IMG/VR virus record: IMGVR_UViG_3300032235_000437
Location: 1 to 64,000 of that record
DNA from: a virus
Strand: one strand, 5' to 3'
DNA length: 64,000 nt
Positions 16,357 through 26,651 of the stretch are shown one piece after another (within the stretch, counting starts at the first letter, position 1; every line of letters begins with the position of its first letter). Below the pieces are notes generated by a model. It worked only from the letters and a program-made list of their open reading frames with translations. It made no database searches and had not been told where the DNA came from. The position numbers and the translations under genes were made by a program.

Positions 16357-16974
16357 ATGAAAACATACATTTTAGGTAATAGCGGGTTTGCTAGAGAGAT
16401 ATTTGAGCAACTTTTCATTAGAAATCATAACAACAACTTTGGTGGGTTTATCATCCTGAATGGTGATAAACCTTTTGTTATTGGTAGTGACGGTTCTTAT
16501 GAATTTGAGTATCCATCAGATTCTAGCTTTGTTTTAGGCACTAGAAATAAACGCTGGAGAAAACTGTTTATAGATCATTTTAAGCAGCATTATCCACTAA
16601 GCTCTACATACTTTCCCACCTTTTGCGCAAACGACGCTCACATATCTAAAATGTCTATATTAGGTATAGGTAATGTGTTTTGCTCTTTTAGCATGACTAA
16701 TGCTAATGCAGAAGTAGGTGACTTTAATTGTTTTAATGTGTACTCTACAGTTAGTCATGACTGTGTAGTACAAGATAATAATATAATCAATCCTTATGCC
16801 GGTATTATGGGCAGTTGTACCGTAGGAAGCCATAACTTTTTAGGCACACATTCTACTATAACTCCTAAACTAACTATAGGAAACGATAATACTATAAGCG
16901 CAGGCGAGTGCTTATTTGACAACCTAACTGATAGACAGTTTTTTCAATCCGGCGTAGTATATAATAAACCATGA
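16357..16974 (+). CDS. Sugar acetyltransferase (NeuD/PglD-like, left-handed beta helix)
   Basis: ILGNSGFARE N-domain; hexapeptide repeats; VSHDC. Confidence 0.85.
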   Translation: MKTYILGNSGFAREIFEQLFIRNHNNNFGGFIILNGDKPFVIGSDGSYEFEYPSDSSFVLGTRNKRWRKLFIDHFKQHYPLSSTYFPTFCANDAHISKMSILGIGNVFCSFSMTNANAEVGDFNCFNVYSTVSHDCVVQDNNIINPYAGIMGSCTVGSHNFLGTHSTITPKLTIGNDNTISAGECLFDNLTDRQFFQSGVVYNKP

Positions 16975-17678
16975 TCATTTATTTCAGAGTTTGCGAAAAG
17001 CAACAAACTATATCTAATGTTACAAGATTTCAGCATATAAAGAAAACAGAGATGATCCGTCGCTGTTGGAAATCTCTTCAAACTAGCGTAACAAAAGAAG
17101 ATATTATATTCATTATTCACGACGCTGTTAGTGAAGACACTTTAGAGTGGTTAAAAAGCACGGCTAATACAGACAACGTAAACCTAGTAGCTGTAGAGCC
17201 ACATGAGTGGAGCTACCATCTGCACACAGTAACGCTAATTAATACTTTAGAAGAGCAGTGTGCCAAATATCCAAATGAACTACACTACATACTAGAGGAT
17301 GATTACCTTCACGTACCAAATGCTTTATCTGTGATTAAAAATACTCTAGGAAACTGGAATCATTTTGCTGTAAGTTACGATTATCCAGATAGGTATACGC
17401 TAAACCCAGAACCGTGCATGGTTATACTTGGATATGACAGGCATTGGCGCACAGTTAATAGTTCGACTATGACTATATTAGCTAAAGGCTCTACTTGGTT
17501 AAAATGGGTGCCTGAGTTAAAACAAGCTGCCCCTACTAGTAACGATCAAGTCTTTGTAAATATATTTACAAAAGAACCATGCGTAAGCCCGCTACCAGGA
17601 CTATCTAGTCATATGACAGATTACCACCTAACACCTTTAGTATCCTGGGATGATATATGGAATAATCAAGATGACTAA
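16971..17678 (+). CDS. GT-A fold glycosyltransferase
   Basis: IIHD and YILEDDYLH (DxD-like). Confidence 0.7.
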   Translation: MIIYFRVCEKQQTISNVTRFQHIKKTEMIRRCWKSLQTSVTKEDIIFIIHDAVSEDTLEWLKSTANTDNVNLVAVEPHEWSYHLHTVTLINTLEEQCAKYPNELHYILEDDYLHVPNALSVIKNTLGNWNHFAVSYDYPDRYTLNPEPCMVILGYDRHWRTVNSSTMTILAKGSTWLKWVPELKQAAPTSNDQVFVNIFTKEPCVSPLPGLSSHMTDYHLTPLVSWDDIWNNQDD

Positions 17679-18708
17679 TACTGTATTAATTACTGGTAGT
17701 GCCGGTCTTATAGGCAGCCACCTAGCTCATAGATTTATTTACATGGGCTATAAGGTCGTAGGCATTGATAATCTAATAGGCGGATACGAAAGTAATATGC
17801 CTAAAGCCAATCCTAACTTCTATTACTTTAAGGTCGATATACTTGATAATAAAGCAGTTAAGGAAGTATTTGATCACTATAATCCTGATATAGTAATACA
17901 CTGTGCTGCCCTTGCTCACGAAGGTTTAAGCGTTTTCTCTCCTAAAACTATAGTAGAGAATATATATGCAGGTACTGTTTCTGTAGCAAGCGCTGCTATC
18001 GCTACAGGTACTAAGTTATTTATAAATACTAGCTCAATGGCTAGATATGGTAATGCTCCTGCACCTTTCAAAGAAGATACTATACCTAATCCTATCGATC
18101 CTTATGGTATGGCTAAATTACATGCAGAGCAACAGCTGAACCTACTTAGTGAAATTCATGGTATGAAGGTCTTTCATGTCGTACCGCATAATGTTTGTGG
18201 CCCGCACCAGTGTTATTCAGACCCTTTTAGAAATGTAATGAGTATATTTGCTAACAGAATACTGCATGAAAAACCTGTTTATATTTATGGTGACGGTGAA
18301 CAACAACGTAGCTTTTCTCACGTAGACGATTGTGTAAGAGCTTATGTAACCTTAGTAGAAAATCACGATAGTGTAGATAATACGAGCGTATTTAATATAG
18401 GACCGGACGACGGCTCGGAAATATCTATAAAAGAACTAGCACAGGTAGTATCTAAGTATTTTAATGCACAAGCAGACATAATAAACATACCTAGCAGACC
18501 TCGCGAAGTACAAAACGCTTGGGTTAGTACTGAAAAAGCTAGACAACAACTAAACTATGTTACTTATAATACTACAGAAGACACTGTAAGAGATACTGTA
18601 CTATGGATTAAGAATAGTGCTCGTAGAGATTTTAACTATCATCTAGATTTAGAAATTATAAATGAGTCTACTCCTAAGACGTGGACAGATAAACTATTTA
18701 ATAAGTAA
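17671..18708 (+). CDS. NAD-dependent nucleotide-sugar epimerase/dehydratase
   Basis: TGSAGLIG, HCAA, YGMAK and GDGEQQRSF motifs. Confidence 0.92.
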   Translation: MTNTVLITGSAGLIGSHLAHRFIYMGYKVVGIDNLIGGYESNMPKANPNFYYFKVDILDNKAVKEVFDHYNPDIVIHCAALAHEGLSVFSPKTIVENIYAGTVSVASAAIATGTKLFINTSSMARYGNAPAPFKEDTIPNPIDPYGMAKLHAEQQLNLLSEIHGMKVFHVVPHNVCGPHQCYSDPFRNVMSIFANRILHEKPVYIYGDGEQQRSFSHVDDCVRAYVTLVENHDSVDNTSVFNIGPDDGSEISIKELAQVVSKYFNAQADIINIPSRPREVQNAWVSTEKARQQLNYVTYNTTEDTVRDTVLWIKNSARRDFNYHLDLEIINESTPKTWTDKLFNK

Positions 18709-18713
18709 GTGCA

Positions 18714-19454
18714 ATGGTAAAAATAATTACTCCATATGTAAATGAATCAGAAATCCAAAAACATAAGCAAATGTTCTGGGAGTATGATATATACTATGAA
18801 CGCGATGAGGCTGGTATCGGCTCAGACCTAATGTTTGAACGTATGTGGAATAAGTTTCCTGATGAGGATATTTTTATTCTACACGCAGACATGACTGAGT
18901 ACAGCGATGGCTGGCTAGAAGAAGTTTTAGCTTATGTAAATAAGTATCCAGAAGCAGGTATGTTTGGTTGCCTATTACTATACCCTGCAAAAGACAGCTC
19001 AGATAAATACTATGTTCAGTCTGCGGGTGGTAGATTTGTAAATGAGCAGCCAGATCACTATGGTAGTGGTTTAATACTAGAAAACGGTTCTAAGTTTAAA
19101 CAAGAACTTGAAACTGATGTTGGACAGTACAATAACGTAAGAGAAGTAGCTTGGACTACTTTTGGTGGTTGTTATCTAAGAAGAAGCTTTATTAATGCTG
19201 TTGGTGGTTTTTCACCAGACTATGAGTGGACTTATAATAGAGACGTAGATTTTTGCTTAAAAGCAAGAGAACAAGGTGAAAAAATCTATCAAATACCTGT
19301 TAGACTATTTCACCACGAATCTAGAGATAATAAATTAATAAAAGCCTACAACCCTAGCAAACTTCAGATGGAACTAAGAAATTTGCTTAGACTTAAAACC
19401 AAGTGGGCAAATACTGACTTCTATAAAACTCTGGACAAAATAATTGACAACTAG
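18714..19454 (+). CDS. Glycosyltransferase family 2-like
   Basis: LHAD, VGGFSPDY, RDVDFCLKAREQG and HHES motifs. Confidence 0.85.
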   Translation: MVKIITPYVNESEIQKHKQMFWEYDIYYERDEAGIGSDLMFERMWNKFPDEDIFILHADMTEYSDGWLEEVLAYVNKYPEAGMFGCLLLYPAKDSSDKYYVQSAGGRFVNEQPDHYGSGLILENGSKFKQELETDVGQYNNVREVAWTTFGGCYLRRSFINAVGGFSPDYEWTYNRDVDFCLKAREQGEKIYQIPVRLFHHESRDNKLIKAYNPSKLQMELRNLLRLKTKWANTDFYKTLDKIIDN

Positions 19455-19689
19455 TAAAATATATATTACTAAACAACGATTAGAACAATTGATAGCTCAA
19501 ACAATGACAGAGCATGATCAGTATCCTAAACCGATATTCTCAATTCTAGTAGCATTACTTACTATTATAATATTAGCTACTGCAGCAGTGCTAGTAGTAC
19601 TAGTATTAATAGCAGCATTACTATATTTACTTGTTAGTTGGATTGATGTTATAATCGGTAAACATATAATTAAAAGGATTTTTAAATGA
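19444..19689 (+). CDS. Small membrane protein
   Basis: ~35-residue hydrophobic stretch. Confidence 0.55.
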   Translation: MTTSKIYITKQRLEQLIAQTMTEHDQYPKPIFSILVALLTIIILATAAVLVVLVLIAALLYLLVSWIDVIIGKHIIKRIFK

Positions 19690-20408
19690 CCACAAAACTA
19701 ACAGAAGCATTTATATCTGCAGCTCTAGAGCTAGCAGATAATGGCTTATCTAAAATCAGTGAAAGAGAGCGTGAGCTATTTGGATTAAGCTCTACAAGAC
19801 TTCGTTCACTACTTAACAACTTATGTTCTAAAGAAAATACAAATTATCTAGAGCTTGGTGTATATAAAGGCGCTACTATAATCAGCGCATTATATGGTAA
19901 TCCTACGCTAAAAGCCGTTGGAGTAGACAACTATAAGTATGATGAGCGCGAGCCTAAGAAATGGGCAGCTGAAGGAACAATCTGGGAAAATATTAAAAGC
20001 CAGCTACACTCTAACATATCTCGATATCAAGACCCAGATATGGAAGTAAACGTAAATAATCTAACAATTATTGAGAATAACTTTCAAGACGTAGACTGGA
20101 CTAAGCAAAGCAAGTTCGATTTATGTTTCTTTGACATTTCACCTGCTAAAGAAGCCGACTACGAAGCGTTTTTCACTAAAGTAATACCAGCTATGAAAAC
20201 AGAGTCAGTATTAGTTTTTAGTAACTATTCTAATGATCAAAATGCTAATGATCTACAAAAAGCATTAGAAAAGTATAAGTCGCTATTTGAAGTTCAATGG
20301 AAAAAGCAAAGAATTTCTAGCGGACTAAGCGATGCTACTCAGTATTTCTCAGGTATTCTAATTGTAGGAATTAAGCGTAATCTATCAAAAACAACAGAGA
20401 GTAAGTAA
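19686..20408 (+). CDS. Class I SAM-dependent methyltransferase (Methyltransf_24-like)
   Basis: YLELGVYKGAT, VGVDN and FDLCFFD motifs. Confidence 0.8.
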   Translation: MTTKLTEAFISAALELADNGLSKISERERELFGLSSTRLRSLLNNLCSKENTNYLELGVYKGATIISALYGNPTLKAVGVDNYKYDEREPKKWAAEGTIWENIKSQLHSNISRYQDPDMEVNVNNLTIIENNFQDVDWTKQSKFDLCFFDISPAKEADYEAFFTKVIPAMKTESVLVFSNYSNDQNANDLQKALEKYKSLFEVQWKKQRISSGLSDATQYFSGILIVGIKRNLSKTTESK

Positions 20409-20410
20409 TA

Positions 20411-21241
20411 ATGATTAAAAAAAGCGTAATTAGCTTAATTAGTTATGACGCAGCTTATCTGCCTAAAAGTATAGAAAAATACTATGATTATGTAGACGAA
20501 ATCGTACTAGGTTTAGATAAAGACAGACTTTCGTGGAGTGGTAATAAGTTCTCTTTTGATGAAGGTAAACTTTGGGCTGACCTTGGAAAGATTGATGGCG
20601 ATAATAAGATTTCTATTATCGAAGAAGATTTTCACAAGTCATCTGTAGCGATAGAAAACGATAACTACGAAAGAAACTTTCTAAAAAATCATTGTACTAA
20701 TGAATGGATTGTTAGTATTGATGCAGACGAAATGTTTTTGAATGCTAAACAATTCTTTTATGACTATTGTCCTATTGTAGAAGCCTATCGTAAAACCAGA
20801 GATATTTGTTTTAACTGGGCACTACCATATAAACTAATTGATGATACTCTATTGGTTATAGTTAACGAAGATAATTCTCCTTTCTTATCTGAAAATCAAG
20901 GCTTCATGACGCATGTGAATAATACTTTTACTTATGCAAGATGGAGTAATATCAGTGCTCACGGACCTAACAGGCTAATGTCTCCAGCAATCATGTTGCA
21001 TTGGAGTATTTGTAGAAACAAAGACGATCTATATAAGAAAATTACTAATATCGGACACTCTGATATAGTAAAAACAGATCCTTTCTATAATATCTGGAAT
21101 CAAGTAACTCTAGATAATTATCACACAATGAGAAACTTTAAAACATCAGGGCTAGGAGCAATTCAGTGGCCTAAGCTACATGCTATTAAACTAGCAGATG
21201 TAGAAAACTTTTATCTACAAGGACTAGGACAAGTATACTAA
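20411..21241 (+). CDS. GT-A fold glycosyltransferase (GT2-like)
   Basis: YVDEIVL, ERNFL and WIVSIDADE motifs. Confidence 0.8.
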   Translation: MIKKSVISLISYDAAYLPKSIEKYYDYVDEIVLGLDKDRLSWSGNKFSFDEGKLWADLGKIDGDNKISIIEEDFHKSSVAIENDNYERNFLKNHCTNEWIVSIDADEMFLNAKQFFYDYCPIVEAYRKTRDICFNWALPYKLIDDTLLVIVNEDNSPFLSENQGFMTHVNNTFTYARWSNISAHGPNRLMSPAIMLHWSICRNKDDLYKKITNIGHSDIVKTDPFYNIWNQVTLDNYHTMRNFKTSGLGAIQWPKLHAIKLADVENFYLQGLGQVY

Positions 21242-22407
21242 TGAAATTAGAATTTTTAGGAAAATTTTACGATAACCACTCTTTGAGTATTGTTAATCGT
21301 AATATAGTATTAGAGCTTTATAAAAAGAATATTAAGGTAAAAATAATTGCTTTAGATTCTTATGATCCTGCTAATAATGTAGATAAGTCTCAAGTAAAGA
21401 TACTTAAAGAGTTAGAAGCTATAGAACAGGCTGAAGCAGATATTCAGGTTAGACATAGCTACCCACCTGTATGGAAATGGCCAGTAAGCGCAGATACTAA
21501 GGTAGTGTATATTCAACCGTGGGAGTTTTCAAAAGCGCCTTTTGAGTGGCAGTATAAGTTTGAACAGTTTGCAGATGCGTTAATAGTACCTAGTAACTTT
21601 TGTAAACAAGTATTTGAGATGGGCGGTCTTAATCCAGATAACTTATTTGTAGTTCCTAATGGGTATAATGAGTCTACTTTTAATACTGAAGAAGCAGAAG
21701 TTGATGTTGCTAAGTTTGGTATTGATAAAACAAAATTCAACTTTGTTTATGTAGGCAATGCTCAATGGAGAAAAGGTCTAGACTTACTACTTAATGCTTG
21801 GTCAAACATATTTGCTAAAGCAGATAACGCGCGATTGATCATTAAAGATAGTCCTGCTATCTACGGCGATACTAACATATTGAATGAAATCGTTAAGATG
21901 CAGTACAAAACACAATGTGCAGATGTAGTATATCTTGATCAGAATTTAAGTGAAAAAGATATGGCTGCTATCTATAAAGCTAGTAAGGTAATTGTACATC
22001 CTTATAGAGCCGAAGGTTTTGGTATGCACGTACAAGAAGCAATTGCTTGCGGTTGTTTCCCTATTGTATCTGGCAACGGACCTACAGACGATTTTATTCC
22101 TGACAATACAGGTATAAAACTACAAGTACATAAAAAACCAATTAATATACAAGATCCTTCTATATTTGCTCTTAAGCCAGGTGATGCTGCTACTCTTATG
22201 AGTACTCATACTTTTGCTAACGAGCCTTCTATAGAACATCTTAAAAAAGCAATGAGTGTCGTATATCATTCACATGATAAAGAAGCTATTCTTAGTAAAA
22301 CAAAAAACAATAATAATCTAAATACTTGGGAGTCTGTCGCTACTTACTATGTTAACGCCCTAACTAAAGTAGCAAGCAGACAAGCTAGACCACAAAGATA
22401 CTTATAA
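21241..22407 (+). CDS. Glycosyltransferase family 4 (GT-B)
   Basis: VVPNG, RKGLDLLL and PYRAEGFGMHVQEAIACG (EX7E). Confidence 0.9.
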   Translation: MKLEFLGKFYDNHSLSIVNRNIVLELYKKNIKVKIIALDSYDPANNVDKSQVKILKELEAIEQAEADIQVRHSYPPVWKWPVSADTKVVYIQPWEFSKAPFEWQYKFEQFADALIVPSNFCKQVFEMGGLNPDNLFVVPNGYNESTFNTEEAEVDVAKFGIDKTKFNFVYVGNAQWRKGLDLLLNAWSNIFAKADNARLIIKDSPAIYGDTNILNEIVKMQYKTQCADVVYLDQNLSEKDMAAIYKASKVIVHPYRAEGFGMHVQEAIACGCFPIVSGNGPTDDFIPDNTGIKLQVHKKPINIQDPSIFALKPGDAATLMSTHTFANEPSIEHLKKAMSVVYHSHDKEAILSKTKNNNNLNTWESVATYYVNALTKVASRQARPQRYL

Positions 22408-22677
22408 ATGAGTTCTAACTATGACTTTGGTACTGCGTTCCATAAAAATAATGGAAACGCAGTAAAAGTTACTATAAATGAGTTCAGAGACATACTATAC
22501 TTACACATAAGAGAGTATGCTATGGATGGAGATACTGGGCAGTGGTATCCAACAAAAACGGGATTTTCGTTTCAAGCAGATGAGGTAGGTTCTTTAATAC
22601 CTCTTCTGATTGAGGCAGAAGCTGTAGTAGCACAAAATTATATATATTCTACACAGCTAGAATTAGAACTGGAGTAA
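22408..22677 (+). CDS. PC4/Sub1-like ssDNA-binding protein
   Basis: VTINEFRDILYLHIREY...WYPTKTG. Confidence 0.8.
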   Translation: MSSNYDFGTAFHKNNGNAVKVTINEFRDILYLHIREYAMDGDTGQWYPTKTGFSFQADEVGSLIPLLIEAEAVVAQNYIYSTQLELELE

Positions 22678-22679
22678 CA

Positions 22680-23000
22680 ATGAGTATTAAAACGTGGAGT
22701 AATGACCAAGAAGAAGAATTGATTAGATTATATACTAAGGAAGAAATTAAAGACGTACATGAACTAGCTACGCATTTCTCTAAAGGTTATAGAAGTGTAA
22801 TCAGTAAGTTGGTGCAACTCAAGGTTTACGAAAAACCGCAATTAGACGAAGACAATAAGACACAAACTGTAAAAACTATGTTAAGAGACTTAGAAGATAT
22901 GTTAGACATAGAAATCGACGGAACTAATTTAAATAAGAAAGAAAACTTAGTTAAGTTAGTTGACGCATTAAAAATCAAACTAAATAATATAGCAGCATGA
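22680..23000 (+). CDS. HTH DNA-binding protein (D5-like repeat)
   Basis: WSNDQEEELIRLY...ELATHFSKGYRSVISKL. Confidence 0.7.
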   Translation: MSIKTWSNDQEEELIRLYTKEEIKDVHELATHFSKGYRSVISKLVQLKVYEKPQLDEDNKTQTVKTMLRDLEDMLDIEIDGTNLNKKENLVKLVDALKIKLNNIAA

Positions 23001-23563
23001 ATCAACAATCACATCACGACTTTATAACTGAATCATACGCAAAACTAAGCAAAAAACCTAAACTACTAGTAATAGGTCATGCTAGACACGGCAAGGATAC
23101 TCTGTGCGAGATTTTAAGAGATAAATACGGTTTCAGCTTCGAGAGCAGCAGTAAATTCTGCTCCAAGCACTTTATCTTTAATAAGTTAAAAGATAAATAC
23201 GGATACAGCTCAGAAGAAGAATGCTATGCTGATAGGCACAACCACAGAGCTGAGTGGTATAATGAAATATGTGCTTATAACGTACCAGACGCAGGAAAAT
23301 TGGGCTGGGAGATATTTCAAGAACATGATATTTATTGTGGTCTAAGAAATAGAAAAGAATTTCATGCAATGAGAAATCAACTAATATTTGACTTCGCTAT
23401 TTGGGTAGATAGATCAGAACATTTACCTTTAGAATCGTCAGATAGCATGAGCCTACAAGAATGGATGGCTGATTTTACTGTAGACAATAATGGATCACTT
23501 GAAGACTTAGAGTTTAATCTAGCACAGCTTATGAATACTCTAGGAAAATGCACCGCTTGGTAA
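22997..23563 (+). CDS. Deoxynucleoside monophosphate kinase-like P-loop protein
   Basis: GHARHGKDT, GLRNRKE and DNNGSLEDL motifs. Confidence 0.75.
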   Translation: MNQQSHHDFITESYAKLSKKPKLLVIGHARHGKDTLCEILRDKYGFSFESSSKFCSKHFIFNKLKDKYGYSSEEECYADRHNHRAEWYNEICAYNVPDAGKLGWEIFQEHDIYCGLRNRKEFHAMRNQLIFDFAIWVDRSEHLPLESSDSMSLQEWMADFTVDNNGSLEDLEFNLAQLMNTLGKCTAW

Positions 23564-23640
23564 GTGTTAAAGCAACTTTTAGCTTTGTTATAGCTTATCT
23601 CTGTGTTATATTTAATCTAAGCTAATTAGGAACAGCGATA

Positions 23641-25377
23641 ATGAATTACGAAGAACTAAAAAATCTAGTGAAACATCACTGTGTATTATACTATGATTAC
23701 TCTGCGCCTGAAATCTCAGACGCGGAGTTTGATAAGCTATATGACGATCTAGAAGCTGTAGAAAAAGCCCAAGGATGGGTAGCATATGATTCTCCTACAG
23801 TAAAAGTAGGCGGAGTAGCTGGTAAGGTAGAACATCCTTATAAGCTATACTCCCTACGTAAAGTATATGATATTGAAGAAGTAGATGATTTCTTTGATGT
23901 AAAAACTCCTAAAATTGACGGTGCCAATCTTACTCTTGTATACAAGCGTGGAAGGCTAGTTCTTGCTCTCACTAGAGGTAACGGTGAGTATGGTGATAAC
24001 GTAGCCCATTTGGCTGCCGGTATTACTAACATCACTAAAACTATTACTACAGACTATGATCTAGTAGTTATTAACGGTGAGTGTGTAACAGATAATACTG
24101 TAGAGAACTTTCGCAACTATGTAAGCGGTGCTCTTGGTCTAAAATCACTAGAAGAATTTAAATCTAGAGATATTAAGTTTATTGCTCACGATATGCTTGG
24201 TGTTAATATGAATTACACTAATCGTATTGCAGTACTACAAAATATGGGTTTTACCACAGTACTAGATAAAAATATTGATAGATATCCTACAGACGGCGTA
24301 GTATATAGAATCAATGACTATAAACGGTCAATGCAGCTAGGCTATACATCAAAATACCCCAAGTTTGCAGTAGCTCTAAAACCTCGCGGGGTAAATACTG
24401 TTACTACTACTTTGCAAGCTGTAGAGTGGGCAATCGGTCGTACTGGTACTGTAAACCCGACTGGTGTAATCACGCCAGTTACTATTGATGATGCTGTAAT
24501 CTCAAGGGTAACTCTACATAACCTAGGTATTATCGAAGACCATAATCTTGGAATTGGTGATACTATTGAAATCGAAAGAGCTGGCGGGGTAATCCCAAAG
24601 TTTATTCGAGTTGTAGAACATGCAGCACATGGTATTAAAATTGATAAGTCACATGCAGAAAAAGCTGTAAATACTCTTACTTACCGTGACGGTCCAAGGC
24701 TGCTAGTAAAAGATAAGTCACAAGCAAACAATGTTAAAGCACTAGAGTATTTTATCAAAACTCTAGAAATTAAAGGTCTAGGGCCAGCTAATATTGAAAA
24801 GATGGGTCTAACACACCCAAGTGAGCTATTTGAGGCCAATGATTGGTCAATCCTAGGAGTTAACGGTTCTAAGATTGAGAGTGAGCTTGAGAGAGCCAAA
24901 ACTAAGCCGTATGAGCTAGTATTAGCTGCTCTAGGTATTCCAGGAGTAGGTAAATCAGTAGCTAAACTGATTGTAACAGCCATCCCAAAGTTTGAGCATC
25001 TAGAAGAAGTTCAATATAAAGATATTAGAGGAATCGGTCCAGCTACTATTACATCTATTGTAGAGTGGTTGGAAGATAACAAAGAGTGGGTAGAACAGCT
25101 TCCACTTCAGCTTGAGCAAAATGTTCAAGTAACTGCTGTACTAAAGCAAAGTAAGAAAGTTTGTGTAACTGGTAAGCTTGATATGACCAGAACACAGATT
25201 ACTGAGACTTTGGAAAAACACGGATTTACTGTTGCAAGTTCCGTAACTAAAGACTGTTATGCCTTAATTTCTGCTGGAGATACTAGCTCGTCTAAGTATG
25301 TAAAAGCTAGAGAAATGGGCATATTGATCATAGACTACTGGGCAAGCAAAAAAGATGTATTGAGCGGTAATTTTTAA
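23641..25377 (+). CDS. ligA: NAD-dependent DNA ligase (single chain, with BRCT)
   Basis: YY...ISDAEFD, KIDG, TRGNG, GRTG, TLHN, RAGGVIP, HhH repeats and BRCT (VTGKL). Confidence 0.95.
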   Translation: MNYEELKNLVKHHCVLYYDYSAPEISDAEFDKLYDDLEAVEKAQGWVAYDSPTVKVGGVAGKVEHPYKLYSLRKVYDIEEVDDFFDVKTPKIDGANLTLVYKRGRLVLALTRGNGEYGDNVAHLAAGITNITKTITTDYDLVVINGECVTDNTVENFRNYVSGALGLKSLEEFKSRDIKFIAHDMLGVNMNYTNRIAVLQNMGFTTVLDKNIDRYPTDGVVYRINDYKRSMQLGYTSKYPKFAVALKPRGVNTVTTTLQAVEWAIGRTGTVNPTGVITPVTIDDAVISRVTLHNLGIIEDHNLGIGDTIEIERAGGVIPKFIRVVEHAAHGIKIDKSHAEKAVNTLTYRDGPRLLVKDKSQANNVKALEYFIKTLEIKGLGPANIEKMGLTHPSELFEANDWSILGVNGSKIESELERAKTKPYELVLAALGIPGVGKSVAKLIVTAIPKFEHLEEVQYKDIRGIGPATITSIVEWLEDNKEWVEQLPLQLEQNVQVTAVLKQSKKVCVTGKLDMTRTQITETLEKHGFTVASSVTKDCYALISAGDTSSSKYVKAREMGILIIDYWASKKDVLSGNF

Positions 25378-25421
25378 AAGATTTAAAAGCCACCAACAAA
25401 CCAAAATACGTCAAATTCTAG

Positions 25422-25480
25422 TTGCCTGTGATTAAAGTTTTATTTATATTATAAACATAGACAAGAGAGAGTTCTCTTGT
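25422..25480 (+). promoter_or_regulatory. sigma70 promoter and 5' leader hairpin of the D5-like gene
   Basis: TTGCCT-17-TATATT; ACAAGAGA-gagt-TCTCTTGT at 25461-25480. Confidence 0.65.
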
Positions 25481-25524
25481 AAATCTAAATTAAACAACCC
25501 CCTGAGCGAAAGGATCATTAATAC

Positions 25525-26217
25525 ATGTCAAAATTTGAATACACCGAAGAAATGGTTGCTCGTATGCACGACGTTGCAAAGAGCGAAATCACTGAAGAAT
25601 CCATTGAAGCACTTATGACTGAGTTCGACTTCCCACGTCGTTCCGTAACTGCCAAGCTACGTAAGCTAGGCTATGACGTTCCAAAGAAGCCCGGCGCTGC
25701 GCCAATCTTCTCTGCTGACGAGACTTCAGCTCTAGGTGAGTACCTAAACGACAACTCCGGCGAGTTTACTGCCGAAGAGATCGCTGCACATTTCTCTGAT
25801 GCTTGGGGCCGTGAAGTCACTGCTCGCCAAATCAATGGTAAGGCTCTATCAATGGAGCTAACTGGAAGCATCAAGCCTGCTGAAAAGAAAGCTGCTCCAC
25901 GCACTTACTCTGACGCAGAAGAGGGAACCATTGCTGATCTAGTAGAAGCTGGTAAGTTCCTAGAAGATATTGCAGAGGCTGTTGGCCGTCCTGTAAACTC
26001 CATTCGTGGTAAGCTTCTTTCAATGGGCCTAAAGGCTCCTCAGCGTGACAAGAAGGCTACTAAGTCTGACCCATACGAGGGTATCGAAGACATGCTAGAC
26101 AAGTCAGTTGAAGAAATTGCAACTGCTTTCGACAAGACAGCTCGCGGTGTTAAAACTGTGCTAACTCGTCGTGGTCTAAGCTGTGCCGACTACACTCCAA
26201 AGGCTGCTGCTGAGTAA
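25525..26217 (+). CDS. T5 D5-like DNA-binding protein/transcription regulator
   Basis: Repeated HTH units RSVTAKLRKLG, RQINGKALSM, NSIRGKLLSMG; position between ligase and helicase as in T5; highly expressed codon style. Confidence 0.85.
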   Translation: MSKFEYTEEMVARMHDVAKSEITEESIEALMTEFDFPRRSVTAKLRKLGYDVPKKPGAAPIFSADETSALGEYLNDNSGEFTAEEIAAHFSDAWGREVTARQINGKALSMELTGSIKPAEKKAAPRTYSDAEEGTIADLVEAGKFLEDIAEAVGRPVNSIRGKLLSMGLKAPQRDKKATKSDPYEGIEDMLDKSVEEIATAFDKTARGVKTVLTRRGLSCADYTPKAAAE

Positions 26218-26242
26218 TTAGCAGTTAGCATAGACTAACTCG

Positions 26243-26270
26243 AAGGACGGTGGCAACACCGTCCTTTTTT
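26243..26270 (+). terminator. Rho-independent terminator
   Basis: AAGGACGGTG-GCAA-CACCGTCCTTTTTT. Confidence 0.9.
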
Positions 26271-26283
26271 ATTGGGGATTTTT

Positions 26284-26592
26284 ATGAAAAATTATTTCGT
26301 ATTACAAGAATTATCAGATGAATCATTAGAAGCTGTATTAAGTCTTTCACCGGCTCAAAAGGCTGGTTATTTTGAGGCTATGGTTAAAACTTTTTATCCT
26401 CGTATACCAGAAAACACGGAAGAATTTGAAGAAATGGTAGCTACTTATCTTAGCAGCTTTTGTGTAGAGAAGATTTACAGATCAAATAGGTTTTTTAATG
26501 AAAAATTTACTCCAGTGTATACAGGAACAGGAATCATAAGAAATATTATCTCAGACTTATACTATTCGGACGACGAGCTGATAACTCATTAA
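26284..26592 (+). CDS. Hypothetical protein
   Basis: ATG at 26284 after GGGGA. Confidence 0.6.
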   Translation: MKNYFVLQELSDESLEAVLSLSPAQKAGYFEAMVKTFYPRIPENTEEFEEMVATYLSSFCVEKIYRSNRFFNEKFTPVYTGTGIIRNIISDLYYSDDELITH

Positions 26593-26600
26593 TATTTGAG

Positions 26601-26629
26601 TTGCATGGTTACTGTTTACTTGTTATAAT
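26601..26629 (+). promoter_or_regulatory. Strong sigma70 promoter for the replication operon
   Basis: TTGCAT-17-TATAAT with TG extension. Confidence 0.8.
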
Positions 26630-26651
26630 AAATAAACACTAGAGGTAAATT

